From Patescibacteria group bacterium (GTDB taxonomy: Bacteria; Patescibacteriota; Microgenomatia; UBA1400; Chisholmbacteraceae), in the NCBI GenBank assembly GCA_022564195.1, contig JADFLW010000001.1, forward strand, positions 711 through 64,710: a stretch of DNA of 64,000 nt, read 5' to 3'. This document shows positions 26,913 to 37,711 of the stretch, piece by piece. The stretch's first letter is position 1; the number at the start of each line of letters is the position of its first letter. A program made the translations under genes and the position numbers. The notes beneath the pieces are model-generated. The model was not told the DNA's origin. It searched no databases and saw only the letters and a program-made list of their open reading frames with translations.

Positions 26913-27713
26913 TTACTCTGGGAGCTCGTACACGCCCCTCATATTCGGGGGAAGGTGGGCTGCGAGGTCGTACATCAGGATGTCTTTGAAGGGTATTCCT
27001 TCTGAAATTCCTCGTTGATGCCATTCCCGCTCAATTTCTTCCTTGGAGCGCGGTGCGCCGATGTTTATCTCAACCAAACCTACTTGCTCGCGATTGTAAT
27101 CTCCATGGGGGATCACTGCCCAAGGCGCATAAAGGACTGATGGGCCATATCCTTCTAAGTGCTCCACTCCAGGCTGGGCTGTTTGGAGTTTTCCATCAGC
27201 GCTTCTGGTGGCTTCGGGTGTGATCAGAAACACTCCTCCCGCTTTTCCCATAACCTTTCTTCCTTTGTTTGAGAAATCTCTGCTTACTCTTTTTCTTTGC
27301 TTGGGCGTTATATGCGCCTCGTAATCGGACTCGTTGTTGGGTCGTGGAACAGGGAAGACTTCAAATCCGTAAAGTGGAGCGGTTTGCAAAAGCAGATATT
27401 TTAGGAAGCCTTGCCTTTGAAATTCGAAGTAGTGGTTCGCTCCAACCGGTGCTGCTATTTGTTGAAGTTGTCCGTGGAGCTCGCGGACTGCCAGCGCACC
27501 GACGAGAAATGGATCCTTTCTGGTGAAATGATTGAGAAAGATTGCCAGGGATCTGGTTTTGAGGTGTTCGCGATGAGGTTCAAGATTTTCTTGAGATTCG
27601 GGAGAGAGCAGTGGACCGTGTCCGTGGAGGACCCATTCGGCGACCGTTGCTGCCAAGACTCGAAACTCTAATGCTCTCAGTGGATTTCTTTCCGTGGTAC
27701 TCTCTGGCCTCAT
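26913..27713 (-). CDS. lysophospholipid acyltransferase (PlsC/LPLAT family)
   Basis: ORF track; HX4D box (NHFTRKD) and FPEGTR-like box (ITPEATRS). Confidence 0.55.
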   Translation of the reverse strand: MRPESTTERNPLRALEFRVLAATVAEWVLHGHGPLLSPESQENLEPHREHLKTRSLAIFLNHFTRKDPFLVGALAVRELHGQLQQIAAPVGANHYFEFQRQGFLKYLLLQTAPLYGFEVFPVPRPNNESDYEAHITPKQRKRVSRDFSNKGRKVMGKAGGVFLITPEATRSADGKLQTAQPGVEHLEGYGPSVLYAPWAVIPHGDYNREQVGLVEINIGAPRSKEEIEREWHQRGISEGIPFKDILMYDLAAHLPPNMRGVYELPE

Positions 27714-28354
27714 GACTCGTGGATTGTATCATAGGAAAGGAATTTTCTGATGAAGGTTTTGCGGTGGAAGTGTTGGGGTCCAAACTTCATGATCGCTTGG
27801 CGGTGGAGGAGCGTTCCGTAGCCTTTGTGGCGCTCAAGACGATAGGGAGGATAGCGTTTGCCGAGCTTGACCATGAGTTTATCTCGATGGACTTTGGCAA
27901 GGATTGAGGCGGCGGCAATCGTAAAGCAACGCTCGTCGCCTTTTTTGACGGCGAGTTGTTTTTTGCGACTGATACCACTGAGGTAGGGGATATGGAAGGC
28001 GTCGACCAAAACAAAGTCCACTTGCTTGAGGGCTTTGACGGCTCGTCGCATGGCCATCAGTGTCGCTTTCACGATTCCCGTGTGGTTGATTTCTGAAACG
28101 GTTGCTTTGCCGTACGCCCAGTCGAGGGCGGTGGATTTGATGATGGGAACAAGCCGTTCTCGTTTCTTTGCGGAAATCAGTTTTGAATCACGGATATCAG
28201 AAAGTTCTCGAATTTTTGGAAGTTTACTTGGAAATATCACCGCGGATACAAAGACAGGCCCGGCGAGGGCTCCGCGGCCGACTTCGTCGATGCCAGCAAC
28301 ATGCGCGAGCCCTTGTTTCCAGAGTGTTTTTTCGTAACGGAGGGTGGGTTTCAT
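27710..28354 (-). CDS. rnhB: ribonuclease HII
   Basis: AGIDEVGRGALAGPVFVSAVIF motif; start set at internal ATG 28352-28354 to avoid overlap with convergent neighbour. Confidence 0.85.
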   Translation of the reverse strand: MKPTLRYEKTLWKQGLAHVAGIDEVGRGALAGPVFVSAVIFPSKLPKIRELSDIRDSKLISAKKRERLVPIIKSTALDWAYGKATVSEINHTGIVKATLMAMRRAVKALKQVDFVLVDAFHIPYLSGISRKKQLAVKKGDERCFTIAAASILAKVHRDKLMVKLGKRYPPYRLERHKGYGTLLHRQAIMKFGPQHFHRKTFIRKFLSYDTIHES

Positions 28355-28388
28355 CGTGATGATTGTAGCAGATGTATAATAGGATGGT

Positions 28389-28952
28389 ATGTCTGAGGAG
28401 TTGACTGGCTTTCCGAGACGAAAGAAGGAGATCAAACGGAGGAAAGAGATCAAGGTTGGTGATGGTGGAGAGTTCAGGGTTCCGATCGGCTTCAGTGCCA
28501 TTGTCGGGAGCGCTCCGAAGTCGGTCCGTCGACGTTTTCCCTATGAGCGGTTCATCACGATCCGTGGTCTCGATAAAGGTGATCGACTCGATGAATGTGC
28601 GGTGGAGTTCTACTATAACGAGGACGGGTGTCCCCGAGTTCGCAAAGGATCGGGGAAAGAGGGATACTTCCCAGAGAACACAGTCGTGGTTTGGAGTCGT
28701 CATGAAGCACATTGGCATGACTATACTCTCGGCGAACGGAAGCGAAACGTCCCGGAAGAGTTTTGGGAGATTGCTGGTGATGGCAGCATTTTTGTCGACA
28801 TGTATGGCCAAACGCCTGACAGTGACGAAGATGTGCTTTTGGTGCGACTTCGAGAATCCGCCCGACATCATGTTTCCCTAGGCACCTACGAGCGATCCTA
28901 CCAGGTTCAAATCAAGCCTCCGAAGTCTGAGTGGGATTTGAAAAAGCGGTAG
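28389..28952 (+). CDS. hypothetical protein
   Basis: ORF track. Confidence 0.5.
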   Translation: MSEELTGFPRRKKEIKRRKEIKVGDGGEFRVPIGFSAIVGSAPKSVRRRFPYERFITIRGLDKGDRLDECAVEFYYNEDGCPRVRKGSGKEGYFPENTVVVWSRHEAHWHDYTLGERKRNVPEEFWEIAGDGSIFVDMYGQTPDSDEDVLLVRLRESARHHVSLGTYERSYQVQIKPPKSEWDLKKR

Positions 28953-28967
28953 GGTGTAAAAACCACA

Positions 28968-29588
28968 CTACGGAATGAGGATTCCGAGGATTGTGCTGAT
29001 GATGGGAGAGAGGAAGTAGAAAATTGGCGATGTCCCTGTAAATGGGAAGATGAGAAACAGGAGGATGATCATGCCGTATTTGGAGAGAATGGCATTCCAC
29101 TCGTAGGCTACATCTTTAGGGAGGAAGCCGATGAGGATTTTCCCTCCATCAAGGGGATGAATGGGGATGAGGTTGAACACTGCCAGGATGACGTTGAGGC
29201 GGATGATTGAGGTGAGGGTCACGAACAGGAGGAGTGAGGAGGGGAGGACTCGGAGCGCAAACGAGAGTAACAAGGCGAGGATGATGTTTGACGCCGGACC
29301 CGCGAGCCCGATGATTGCGGCATCTCTTCTTGGGTCTTTGAGGTTAAACGGATCGAAGATCACGGGCCTTCCCCAGCCGAACCAGAAAAAGAGTATCGCA
29401 AGGGTGCCGAGCGGGTCAAGGTGTGCCCTTGGGTCAAGGGTGAGACGACCTTGGATTCTGGGTGTCGGGTCTCCCAGCTTGTCTGCAGCAAACCCGTGGG
29501 AAAATTCGTGGATCGTGATTGAGATGATCAAGCTGCCAAACAGGATGATGAAGGGGAGAAGACCGGCTGAGAAAAGAATGGAAATCAT
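28968..29588 (-). CDS. site-2 protease family zinc metalloprotease (peptidase M50)
   Basis: ORF track; HEFSHG plus ..PIHPLDGG.. motifs; polytopic membrane protein. Confidence 0.75.
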   Translation of the reverse strand: MISILFSAGLLPFIILFGSLIISITIHEFSHGFAADKLGDPTPRIQGRLTLDPRAHLDPLGTLAILFFWFGWGRPVIFDPFNLKDPRRDAAIIGLAGPASNIILALLLSFALRVLPSSLLLFVTLTSIIRLNVILAVFNLIPIHPLDGGKILIGFLPKDVAYEWNAILSKYGMIILLFLIFPFTGTSPIFYFLSPIISTILGILIP

Positions 29589-29656
29589 TGTTTTTTTCTA
29601 TCTTGCCTGGTATAGTATACCGGTTCTCATTATATCGATAAGTAATCGAGGTAGCA

Positions 29657-29920
29657 ATGGCGTACATTTGTGAGCACTGCGAAAAGGGTGTCCAATACGG
29701 ACACAACATCCGTCACAAGCGGGGTGTGGCCGGTGGTCGCTGGAAGCGGAAAGCGCAAAAGACCCCGAGAGTGTGGCTTCCGAATCTTCACTGGGCGCGG
29801 GTAGTGGAGAATGGACAGGTTGTTCGTCGGCGTTTGTGCACGAAGTGTTTGCGTCGAGCGGAAAGACCACAGAAGAAGGAGGAGAAAGGAGAGACCCATG
29901 CGGATGCCAGAGCTTCTTGA
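29657..29920 (+). CDS. rpmB: 50S ribosomal protein L28 with Lys/Glu-rich C-terminal tail
   Basis: ORF track; MAYICEHCEKG..GHNIRHK..LPNLH..RRRLCTKCLR pattern typical of L28. Confidence 0.7.
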   Translation: MAYICEHCEKGVQYGHNIRHKRGVAGGRWKRKAQKTPRVWLPNLHWARVVENGQVVRRRLCTKCLRRAERPQKKEEKGETHADARAS

Positions 29921-30119
29921 ATCACTGGGATCGATTCAGGGCCGATGTGATGTCGGAGCCTGTGCGGTGATTCCTGAATGTGAGTTTGCTCCACAAGTGA
30001 TTTCTGAACTGCGAGTTGACCAGACCAGTGATGCAGTAGCAAGTCGAGTATACGACGCCTGTCCCCATAGCGATGAGGTACGAGGTTTGTACGAGCAATT
30101 CCTTGAGGCAGAGGAGTAA
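29898..30119 (+). CDS. hypothetical small Cys-containing protein
   Basis: ATG with SD AGGAGAAAGGAGAG within track ORF 29811..30119. Confidence 0.3.
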   Translation: MRMPELLESLGSIQGRCDVGACAVIPECEFAPQVISELRVDQTSDAVASRVYDACPHSDEVRGLYEQFLEAEE

Positions 30120-30266
30120 CGATTTCATCTTCAATGAAAGAGGCGGGAAAGCATTCGCAAACAGAGCAGCCTACCCTCTTGCCCGACGGATTCATCCGTC
30201 TTGAGCACTTTGAGGGAGCCTTGCCCGAGCGGAGAGGCTACAGAAGAAGGAGGTGAAGAAAGAGAA

Positions 30267-30575
30267 ATGACAGAAGAACCTGGACGTGGACCAGATTTTG
30301 ACTCTGATGAGTTCATGGATGGACTGCGAGGGATCGAAGGGCAGTACGCAGAGGACGAGACGTTGTCTCTCGAACAACGTCCACGAGCAGAGTTGGAAGC
30401 TGCGGTGCAGCACGTCGTCCTTTATGCTGATCAACTGCGCGAGGATAGTAGTCTCGGTGAGGCGTTTCAGACAGTTCGAGAGATTCACCCTGAGGAGAGT
30501 GAGTATCTTGAAGGTCTTCTCGGTGAGATGGTCGAGCGGAACGCTTTCAGCGAAGACGAGATTTCTGAGGAGTAG
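30267..30575 (+). CDS. hypothetical acidic protein
   Basis: ATG with SD AGGAGGTG within track ORF 30201..30575. Confidence 0.4.
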   Translation: MTEEPGRGPDFDSDEFMDGLRGIEGQYAEDETLSLEQRPRAELEAAVQHVVLYADQLREDSSLGEAFQTVREIHPEESEYLEGLLGEMVERNAFSEDEISEE

Positions 30576-30587
30576 AAGGCCCTGCTG

Positions 30588-30872
30588 TTGGGTGGGAAGA
30601 AGGGAGGAGCGATGAATCGTGATTTTTTAAATTACGCTCGGGTTCTAGCCCATGCCGCAGAGTTCGCTCGAGAAGTCCGGGGTGAATTCGAGGAGATGCT
30701 GACGGGTGAACTTTCAGACTCGCAGAGACAGCAGGTCGAAATAAATCTTGAGTGGACAAAAACGCTTGCTTCATATGCTGAAAAGAAAGCGTTGGGCGAT
30801 CCGTTGACCGAGGAAGAAGAGGCGTTTGGACACTTCCTCTTGGGAGAAAGTGATGGCCAGCTCGCTGATTGA
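30588..30872 (+). CDS. hypothetical protein
   Basis: ORF track. Confidence 0.4.
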   Translation: MGGKKGGAMNRDFLNYARVLAHAAEFAREVRGEFEEMLTGELSDSQRQQVEINLEWTKTLASYAEKKALGDPLTEEEEAFGHFLLGESDGQLAD

Positions 30873-30877
30873 ATGAT

Positions 30878-31750
30878 TTAGAGTGTGTAGGGGAGATGGT
30901 GCTTGAAGTCGTTGGCTTCGGCCCAGTGGAGGACTTTCTTCACGAGTACTTCGGTTTCTTTGGGGTCTTTTTTGGTAACGGCGGTCAGTTTTGCAGCAAC
31001 TTTATTTGGGGATAAATGTTGTTCGAAAGCAAGATAAAGGATTGGATCAGACTCCTCATAGGAGAACCCCAATTCACCTTCGTCTGTTTGGCCGCGCCAA
31101 AGATCGGCTGTTGGTGGTTTTTGGGAGATTTCTTTAGGTATTTTGAGGTGTGTTGCGAGTTGACGGACTTGCGTTTTGTACAAGTATTTGATGGGTTCAA
31201 GGTCCGACGCTTCATCTCCGAAGCGCGTGTAGTAGCCTAAGAGATGTTCCGAATGGTTTTCGGTGCCGACGACTAAGTCATCGTGGAGTTTGGCTTGGTC
31301 GTAGATGACGAGCATGCGGATGCGGGCGGTGAGGTTGGCGAGGCGCAGGCGGCTGAGCCGGGCGATTTCTTGATTTCTTTTTTTTCGACCGGAAACACCT
31401 TTCTTCTCCAAAGCAATTGGTGAAGTTTGCTTGATGATGTTCCAGGTTTTCTGGATGATTCCCCCGATGTTGATGATCGTGATGTTTTTTTCTGGAATCT
31501 TGGCGGCTTTGGTAGCTAATTGGCTGTGTTTAAGATGGACGGAATCGGTGGTTTTGGATGGAAGATGGAGTACGCGGACGTTTTGGGGCTTTATTGCTTT
31601 GGCGGTGAGCAAGAGTATGGTCGTTGAGTCCACGCCACCGGAAGCGGCGATGAGCGCTGTCGTTTTTCCGGATTTTTTGAACGTGTCGGCAATGAAGGTG
31701 ATGATTTTTTTTGTTTCTTTGGCTGGGTTGATTCTCGGGGGATAGTTCAT
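30878..31750 (-). CDS. nadE: NH3-dependent NAD+ synthetase
   Basis: ORF track; SGGVDS PP-loop; ..GTENHSEHLLGYYTRFGD.. Confidence 0.85.
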   Translation of the reverse strand: MNYPPRINPAKETKKIITFIADTFKKSGKTTALIAASGGVDSTTILLLTAKAIKPQNVRVLHLPSKTTDSVHLKHSQLATKAAKIPEKNITIINIGGIIQKTWNIIKQTSPIALEKKGVSGRKKRNQEIARLSRLRLANLTARIRMLVIYDQAKLHDDLVVGTENHSEHLLGYYTRFGDEASDLEPIKYLYKTQVRQLATHLKIPKEISQKPPTADLWRGQTDEGELGFSYEESDPILYLAFEQHLSPNKVAAKLTAVTKKDPKETEVLVKKVLHWAEANDFKHHLPYTL

Positions 31751-31758
31751 TCGTGTCT

Positions 31759-32352
31759 CTAATACACCCTATGAATTCGAAGGTATTTTAGCACCGATGG
31801 TGGAACGAGGTGGGCGATCTGCTGGCGTTTGCGAATTCGCTCGCGGATGAGGGTGGAGCTGATGTTGGTGATGACTTGGGTTGGGGATTCAAGAAGGGAC
31901 ATATTTGAAAATGTGATTTTGTTTCTGTATCCTGCACGAGGGTAGATGTAAAAGGGCATTTCCTCAATGAGTTTCTCCCAGTTCCCCCATTTTTTGAATC
32001 CTTTCAGCTGATCGGTTCCCATGAGGAATGAGAAGGTGTGATTGGAGTAGCTCTCTTTGAGCAATTGAAGTGCGTCGTAGGTTTCGCCGGAAAGTTTGTG
32101 GTCAATTTCGATGGTAGAGAGTTTTACTCTAGGTGAAAATGCATTGGCTTCGTTTACCAGCAGCTGGCTCATTTTGAACCGGTGCGTGACGGGGGCGAGG
32201 TTTTTCTGGAACGTGTGGCGGTAGCAGGGGAGGATCCAGAGTTCGTCAATCTTGGGGATGAGTTCAAAGGCTTGTTGGATAACGATCGAATGGCCAAAGT
32301 GAGGGGGATTGAAACTTCCCCCAAACAGTACAACATTCATGTATTTGCGCAT
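31759..32352 (-). CDS. nadD: nicotinate-nucleotide adenylyltransferase
   Basis: ORF track; GGSFNPPHFGH motif. Confidence 0.85.
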   Translation of the reverse strand: MRKYMNVVLFGGSFNPPHFGHSIVIQQAFELIPKIDELWILPCYRHTFQKNLAPVTHRFKMSQLLVNEANAFSPRVKLSTIEIDHKLSGETYDALQLLKESYSNHTFSFLMGTDQLKGFKKWGNWEKLIEEMPFYIYPRAGYRNKITFSNMSLLESPTQVITNISSTLIRERIRKRQQIAHLVPPSVLKYLRIHRVY

Positions 32353-32533
32353 GGACTAGTTTGTGTGATTCCTGTCCACCAATCAGGATTAGAGCCGCCG
32401 CCAAGCATAGTGCTGTACATGGCAGGCCAGGTGCCGAATGGCACTTGGCCGAAGAGCGTGATGTGCATGGAGTGAGTATAGCAAAGAAGAGACGGTCTGT
32501 TGCGATGACTCGTTGTTCTTTCTGGAACGCTTC

Positions 32534-32761
32534 TCACCCATAGCGCCTATCCATGTAGTCCGCGAGCTGTCCTCCGAAGTCTGCGCTGTCTTCGCTGAAC
32601 TGGGCAGCACTGTGGATGGTTGCGATGTCTTCTGCGTCCAATCCCTCTTGAGTACGCATAATCTCTTGTTCGGACATCTCTCCATACATCAGTAGATTAT
32701 ACGCACCGGGGTCCATAAACGTGATCGTTCCTAGGAATCCTTCAACCGCTTCTTTTGTCAT
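32534..32761 (-). CDS. hypothetical small acidic protein (starts MTKEA..)
   Basis: ORF track; a possible 37-aa paralog also starting MTKEA lies at 32818..32931 (-). Confidence 0.35.
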   Translation of the reverse strand: MTKEAVEGFLGTITFMDPGAYNLLMYGEMSEQEIMRTQEGLDAEDIATIHSAAQFSEDSADFGGQLADYMDRRYG

Positions 32762-33037
32762 ATGGGTGATTATATATTAGCGATGTCGTTTGATGACTAC
32801 GGTTCCTCGTTGCCCCATTATTCAGAGTACCGGGTTTGGATGAACCTTTCCATATACAACCTGATGTCCGTGTACGATTCTGCGTTGAGGACTGCGGCAG
32901 CGCCAAGATTGAGCGCAGCTTCTTTCGTCATAGTGAAGAAGTATTTTATCACATCCGATGATTGTTCGTTGGCCTTCTTGCTTTCGATAGAATACAATGA
33001 ATAGGTGTTGTTTGCGGTAGTATGGAGGGCATTTAAC

Positions 33038-33460
33038 ATGTCTGGAGAGGGTGAGGCACTTCTAGGCGAGGAGGGGGAAGAGTGGAGTTTTGCAGATTTT
33101 CTCGGAGCTGGGAGAAAGAGAGAGACCATTCAGGAGTTGGCAGGAAAAGTCTTGGGTTTTGAGGGGACAGAATCCTTGCAGCGGTCGCTCGGAGCAAGCG
33201 GGCTTGAGCCCGAAGATGTCAGTGAGCTGCGGCACACCTTGGGAGGGAGACGGCGAAAGTGGGAATCAGACGAAGCGTTTGAAGCTCGGAGACGGGCTGC
33301 AGATCAGCTGTTGACTGTACGGGGCAAAATGGCATGGAAGCCTGGAGGGCGAGATGAAGAAGACGTACAAGCCAGGAAAAAAAGTGGTATAGGACGATGG
33401 ACAAGAAGTAGGCAAGAACTGGAAGATCTTCAGAGACCTAAGGAGGAGGGCGAAGAATAG
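33038..33460 (+). CDS. hypothetical acidic protein
   Basis: ATG with GGAGGG 9 nt upstream inside track ORF 33005..33460; conflicts with minus-strand ORF 32818..33129. Confidence 0.35.
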   Translation: MSGEGEALLGEEGEEWSFADFLGAGRKRETIQELAGKVLGFEGTESLQRSLGASGLEPEDVSELRHTLGGRRRKWESDEAFEARRRAADQLLTVRGKMAWKPGGRDEEDVQARKKSGIGRWTRSRQELEDLQRPKEEGEE

Positions 33461-33490
33461 GGTCTGAGACATTGGTCATCTCGTTGTTCA

Positions 33491-34557
<1,067 letters not shown>

Positions 34558-34561
<4 letters not shown>

Positions 34562-35190
34562 ATCAATGAGAGATCTATTTTCACCAGTTCCTCGTTTCTG
34601 CTTTCATAGAGGGGGAGGTGGTCGCTGAGGGAGTGGTCGGTGAAGAGGATGCCATTCAAATGGTCTAGCTCGTGTTGGATGACGCGGGCGGGGAAGTCTG
34701 TGTATCGCTCGTTCCGCTCGGTTAGCGTTAAGCGTTTAGCGTCTAGCGTGAAGTACTTTAGTTTTATCCAGGTGTGGCGGTGGACGGGGCCCCAGATACC
34801 GGGGATGGACAGGCAGCCCTCAAGGACTGGCTTTGCGTTTTCGTTCTCGATCTTCGGATAGGGTTTGCCATCTGATAATTTCTTTCTGGTGATGATTTCT
34901 CCGAGCGTTTTTTCTTTGCTCGTCTCGATGATTTCGGGGTTGATGAAAGTCTTCAAGATCGGTTTTTGCTTCTCGTCATCCGGATTGCCCGATGGGGGAA
35001 GGTAGGTTGCAAAGGCACGGATCGGCTTTCCGATCTGCACGGCGGAAAGCCCGACGCCCTTGGGATTTTCTCCGCCTGTTAAGGTTTCCTGGACGTCGCG
35101 AATGATCTTGAGCGTTTTTTTGTCGAGTTTACGGATTGGCTTTGAGACCTCGCGAAGGATTGGATTTGGGGTAGTGATGATTTTTGCCAC
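34558..35190 (-). CDS. def: peptide deformylase (GTG start)
   Basis: ORF track; EGCLSIPG and QHELDHLNG motifs; 4-nt overlap with fmt. Confidence 0.88.
34722..34749. repeat. tandem heptamer (TTAGCGT/TAAGCGT/TTAGCGT/CTAGCGT) inside def coding region
   Basis: read directly; translates to ..LDAKRLTLT.. in Def. Confidence 0.6.
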
Positions 35191-35293
35191 GTTGGCATTA
35201 TAACAGCTTGAGATCAGAGCTTCTTATGGAGCCGGTTGCACTCTAGGGTATAATTCAAGGCTAATCGCATTCGTTTCTGCTATTTGAGGGGTT

Positions 35294-35803
35294 ATGCCAG
35301 AAGTTGGTCACAAAACAAGAGGACTTGAGCGAGAAGCTTTTTTGGAGCGGATTGGCGAGGAATTTCCGAATGCTGAAGCGGAAATTCCAGGGATCTACCC
35401 CAATGGGCGGCTTCTTGATGTCTTGGGAGCGGAGCCGATGACCGATTTTGTCGGGACTTTCCATGAGGAGATGGAGCAGGATCCCCGCACGTTCAGGATG
35501 GCACTTTCGGAGCTCTCAGACGTGATCGTCTATTCCGAACGTTCGCAGGATGATTCGGGTTGCCGGTGGAGACTTCACGACACCAAGCAGTACATGGGTT
35601 GGGAAGGACGAAGTAAAATTCTTATGGAAATGAACGAGGACGAACGGGAGAATTACGAAGGGCTGTTTGGGCAGCTGGTTAGTCATCATTATTGGAATAC
35701 CATGCAGGACTGGCTGCGGAATCAGCCGTATCGAGGTGAAGATCTGCTTCCCTTTGCAAAGCTTCAGCTGCTCCGGCTCGATTTACCTTCCTTGGAGCAT
35801 TGA
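35294..35803 (+). CDS. hypothetical protein
   Basis: ORF track. Confidence 0.5.
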   Translation: MPEVGHKTRGLEREAFLERIGEEFPNAEAEIPGIYPNGRLLDVLGAEPMTDFVGTFHEEMEQDPRTFRMALSELSDVIVYSERSQDDSGCRWRLHDTKQYMGWEGRSKILMEMNEDERENYEGLFGQLVSHHYWNTMQDWLRNQPYRGEDLLPFAKLQLLRLDLPSLEH

Positions 35804-35807
35804 AGCT

Positions 35808-35828
35808 CCGTGGGCTAAGGGCCCACGG
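35808..35828 (+). terminator. hairpin CCGTGGGC-TAAGG-GCCCACGG just after stop of CDS 35294..35803 (no U-tract)
   Basis: inverted repeat read directly. Confidence 0.35.
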
Positions 35829-36165
35829 ATTCTCCCTTCGTAGTACCTAACTAAACGATCTACCGAAGCTGAAATCCCCGACCTGCCTCGCCGACTTCGT
35901 CTGGCCGTAGGCCGACTCCGTCGAGCCGAAGGCCGAGTCAAGGCGGGAGCGAAATTGTTCCAACTCCGAGGCAGGCTATCCATCCGAGGGCTACCGCGTC
36001 CGTTCGTAGCCCTGCCCGCAATCGCTGCACTCAAGCGTTGCAGGCGGGCTTTGGCGAAGGAGGAACAGGCCTCGGGTTTTCGCGGAGGTGGACTAGAGAA
36101 AGGGAGATGTCCCTCGAGTTGTAAAGTAGGGTATAATGCTGGAATCCTAGATGAGAGTCTAGGTT

Positions 36166-36191
36166 TTTTTTGCACACCTTACGTAGGTTCG
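36166..36191 (+). terminator. rho-independent terminator (CCTAG-ATGAGAGT-CTAGG + T8)
   Basis: stem-loop followed by eight T; canonical architecture. Confidence 0.6.
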
Positions 36192-36342
36192 ATAGTAATC
36201 GAGCTTCTATACATAGTGTGCAACCCTTAACGAATCCCGGCGTAACACCGGGAGGAGTGGGGTGAATTCACAAATGAGTCGGTCGGTCCCGACATAGCGT
36301 CGGGATGCGAGTGGTTTTTTTTGTGGAATAGATCCTGCTTTG

Positions 36343-36357
36343 CCACGTCGAACGTGG
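36343..36357. promoter_or_regulatory. 15 bp palindrome CCACGTCGAACGTGG (copy 1), nested in larger hairpin ATCCTGC..GCAGGAT
   Basis: second copy CCACGTCAAACGTGG at 41080-41094; both upstream of plus-strand genes. Confidence 0.3.
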
Positions 36358-36490
36358 CTGCGCAGGATGCACCTTTGACCCAACTGCGCATTTGCGAGTT
36401 CGCGCAGACTGCCTATTCGGCCGTTTCGCGACTCGAATGCTTCGATGGGTTAAAGTGCGAAGCACTTTAACAATTTGGAAAGCCTAACAA

Positions 36491-37234
36491 TTGTTTGATG
36501 CTCCGAAATCGAATCGGAAGGAAATTCAGCGTGGGCCATCTGGCCCAAAGGAGAGAGAATGGATGCTACAAGAACTGGAGTTTACACTACCTGCAATAGC
36601 GCTGATTCTTCTTGCGCATGAAGCAGGTCACATCGTTGCCCTTTTAGGGCTTGGCATTGAAGTTGAGGGGTTGAGCATCGGTTTGCCCTTTCGACCAAGG
36701 CTCTTTCGGTTTCGCGTGAGGGGTTTTACGATCCAAGTCACCCCGTGGCTGGTTTCCGTGGGACCGATTGTCCGCAATGCGATTTTTCGGAAGGCGCCGA
36801 GCTGGAAGAAAGTCGCTGTCGTTGCGTACGGCGCAGTCGCTCAAGTCGTCTTTGGGCTCTTTATCGCAGTGCTCGTGTTCGGTCCCTCAGAGGGACTGCA
36901 GATCTCCGTAGGATTCATTCGATCATTCTCTGACTTTACAACCCATGGGGCAATAGCCGAGATGTTGGGGTTGTTTGATCAGGATCGGATGCTGACAGGA
37001 GATGTCCTCGCGGCAGTGCTTGCGGAGCTTAATAAGCCACTTCTGCACGACTTGGCACCGAGGATTGAAACTGCGAGTCGATGGGAACGAACTATCATGG
37101 GAGGTATGCTTCTGAACCTGGAGCTTGTGGTGGTCAACTTGCTGCCACTTCCACTGTTTGACGGTGGATGGTTGATTCTTCTTGTCGTAGGGAGTTGGCT
37201 GGAGCGAATCAGGAAGCGGGATCAGCCGGCCTGA
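36491..37234 (+). CDS. peptidase M50-like membrane metalloprotease (second paralog); start possibly ATG ~36563
   Basis: ORF track; HEAGH and ..LPLPLFDGG.. motifs. Confidence 0.6.
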   Translation: MFDAPKSNRKEIQRGPSGPKEREWMLQELEFTLPAIALILLAHEAGHIVALLGLGIEVEGLSIGLPFRPRLFRFRVRGFTIQVTPWLVSVGPIVRNAIFRKAPSWKKVAVVAYGAVAQVVFGLFIAVLVFGPSEGLQISVGFIRSFSDFTTHGAIAEMLGLFDQDRMLTGDVLAAVLAELNKPLLHDLAPRIETASRWERTIMGGMLLNLELVVVNLLPLPLFDGGWLILLVVGSWLERIRKRDQPA

Positions 37235-37255
37235 TGCCTGAAGGAGGGAAACACA

Positions 37256-37687
37256 ATGAACGGGTTTGACTTTGCAGACGTTGGGCTGCTCATGTTTGCA
37301 ACAGCTTCGGCAATAGCCACAAAATGTTTTGTTATCCGAGGTCAGTATATCCGAACTGGAATGGATGAGAGGTTTCCGCTTGACTATGTGAATTGGTTGC
37401 TGGTTCGGATCGTGCCAATTCTTGCGATTGGTGGATTGGTGATTCTTGCCATGCGATCTCAGACATTGACTGATGAACTGAGCGGCGGAATTGCATCCAT
37501 CGCGATTCGACTTGTCGCTGTCATCTTGACGGCGAACGGTTTGAGCACCCTCATTGCGGCACCGCTATTGGAGTGGGCCATTTCTAGGAGGGCCAGCAGA
37601 CTACCGAAATATCGTACCGTGGTTGTTGCTTCCTTTCTGCTCATTCTGACTGGAATGCTCTTCTACGCGAGACTGATCGGCGTTTGA
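37256..37687 (+). CDS. hypothetical membrane protein
   Basis: ORF track; hydrophobic. Confidence 0.45.
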   Translation: MNGFDFADVGLLMFATASAIATKCFVIRGQYIRTGMDERFPLDYVNWLLVRIVPILAIGGLVILAMRSQTLTDELSGGIASIAIRLVAVILTANGLSTLIAAPLLEWAISRRASRLPKYRTVVVASFLLILTGMLFYARLIGV

Positions 37688-37711
37688 ACAACTCACTCAT
37701 GGGGCTGAGGG

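Noticed and set aside
27710-28501. Track start for rnhB at 28501
   Set aside because: It overlaps the convergent CDS starting at 28389, and the first 49 residues are not RNase HII-like. An internal ATG at 28352-28354 starts the conserved sequence.
35804-36490. RNase P RNA, SRP RNA or 6S RNA in the structured intergenic region
   Set aside because: Conserved RNase P P4 strings (AGGAAAGTCCGGGC / ACAGAACCCGGCTTA) and SRP domain IV motifs are absent by eye. This remains untested by covariance models.
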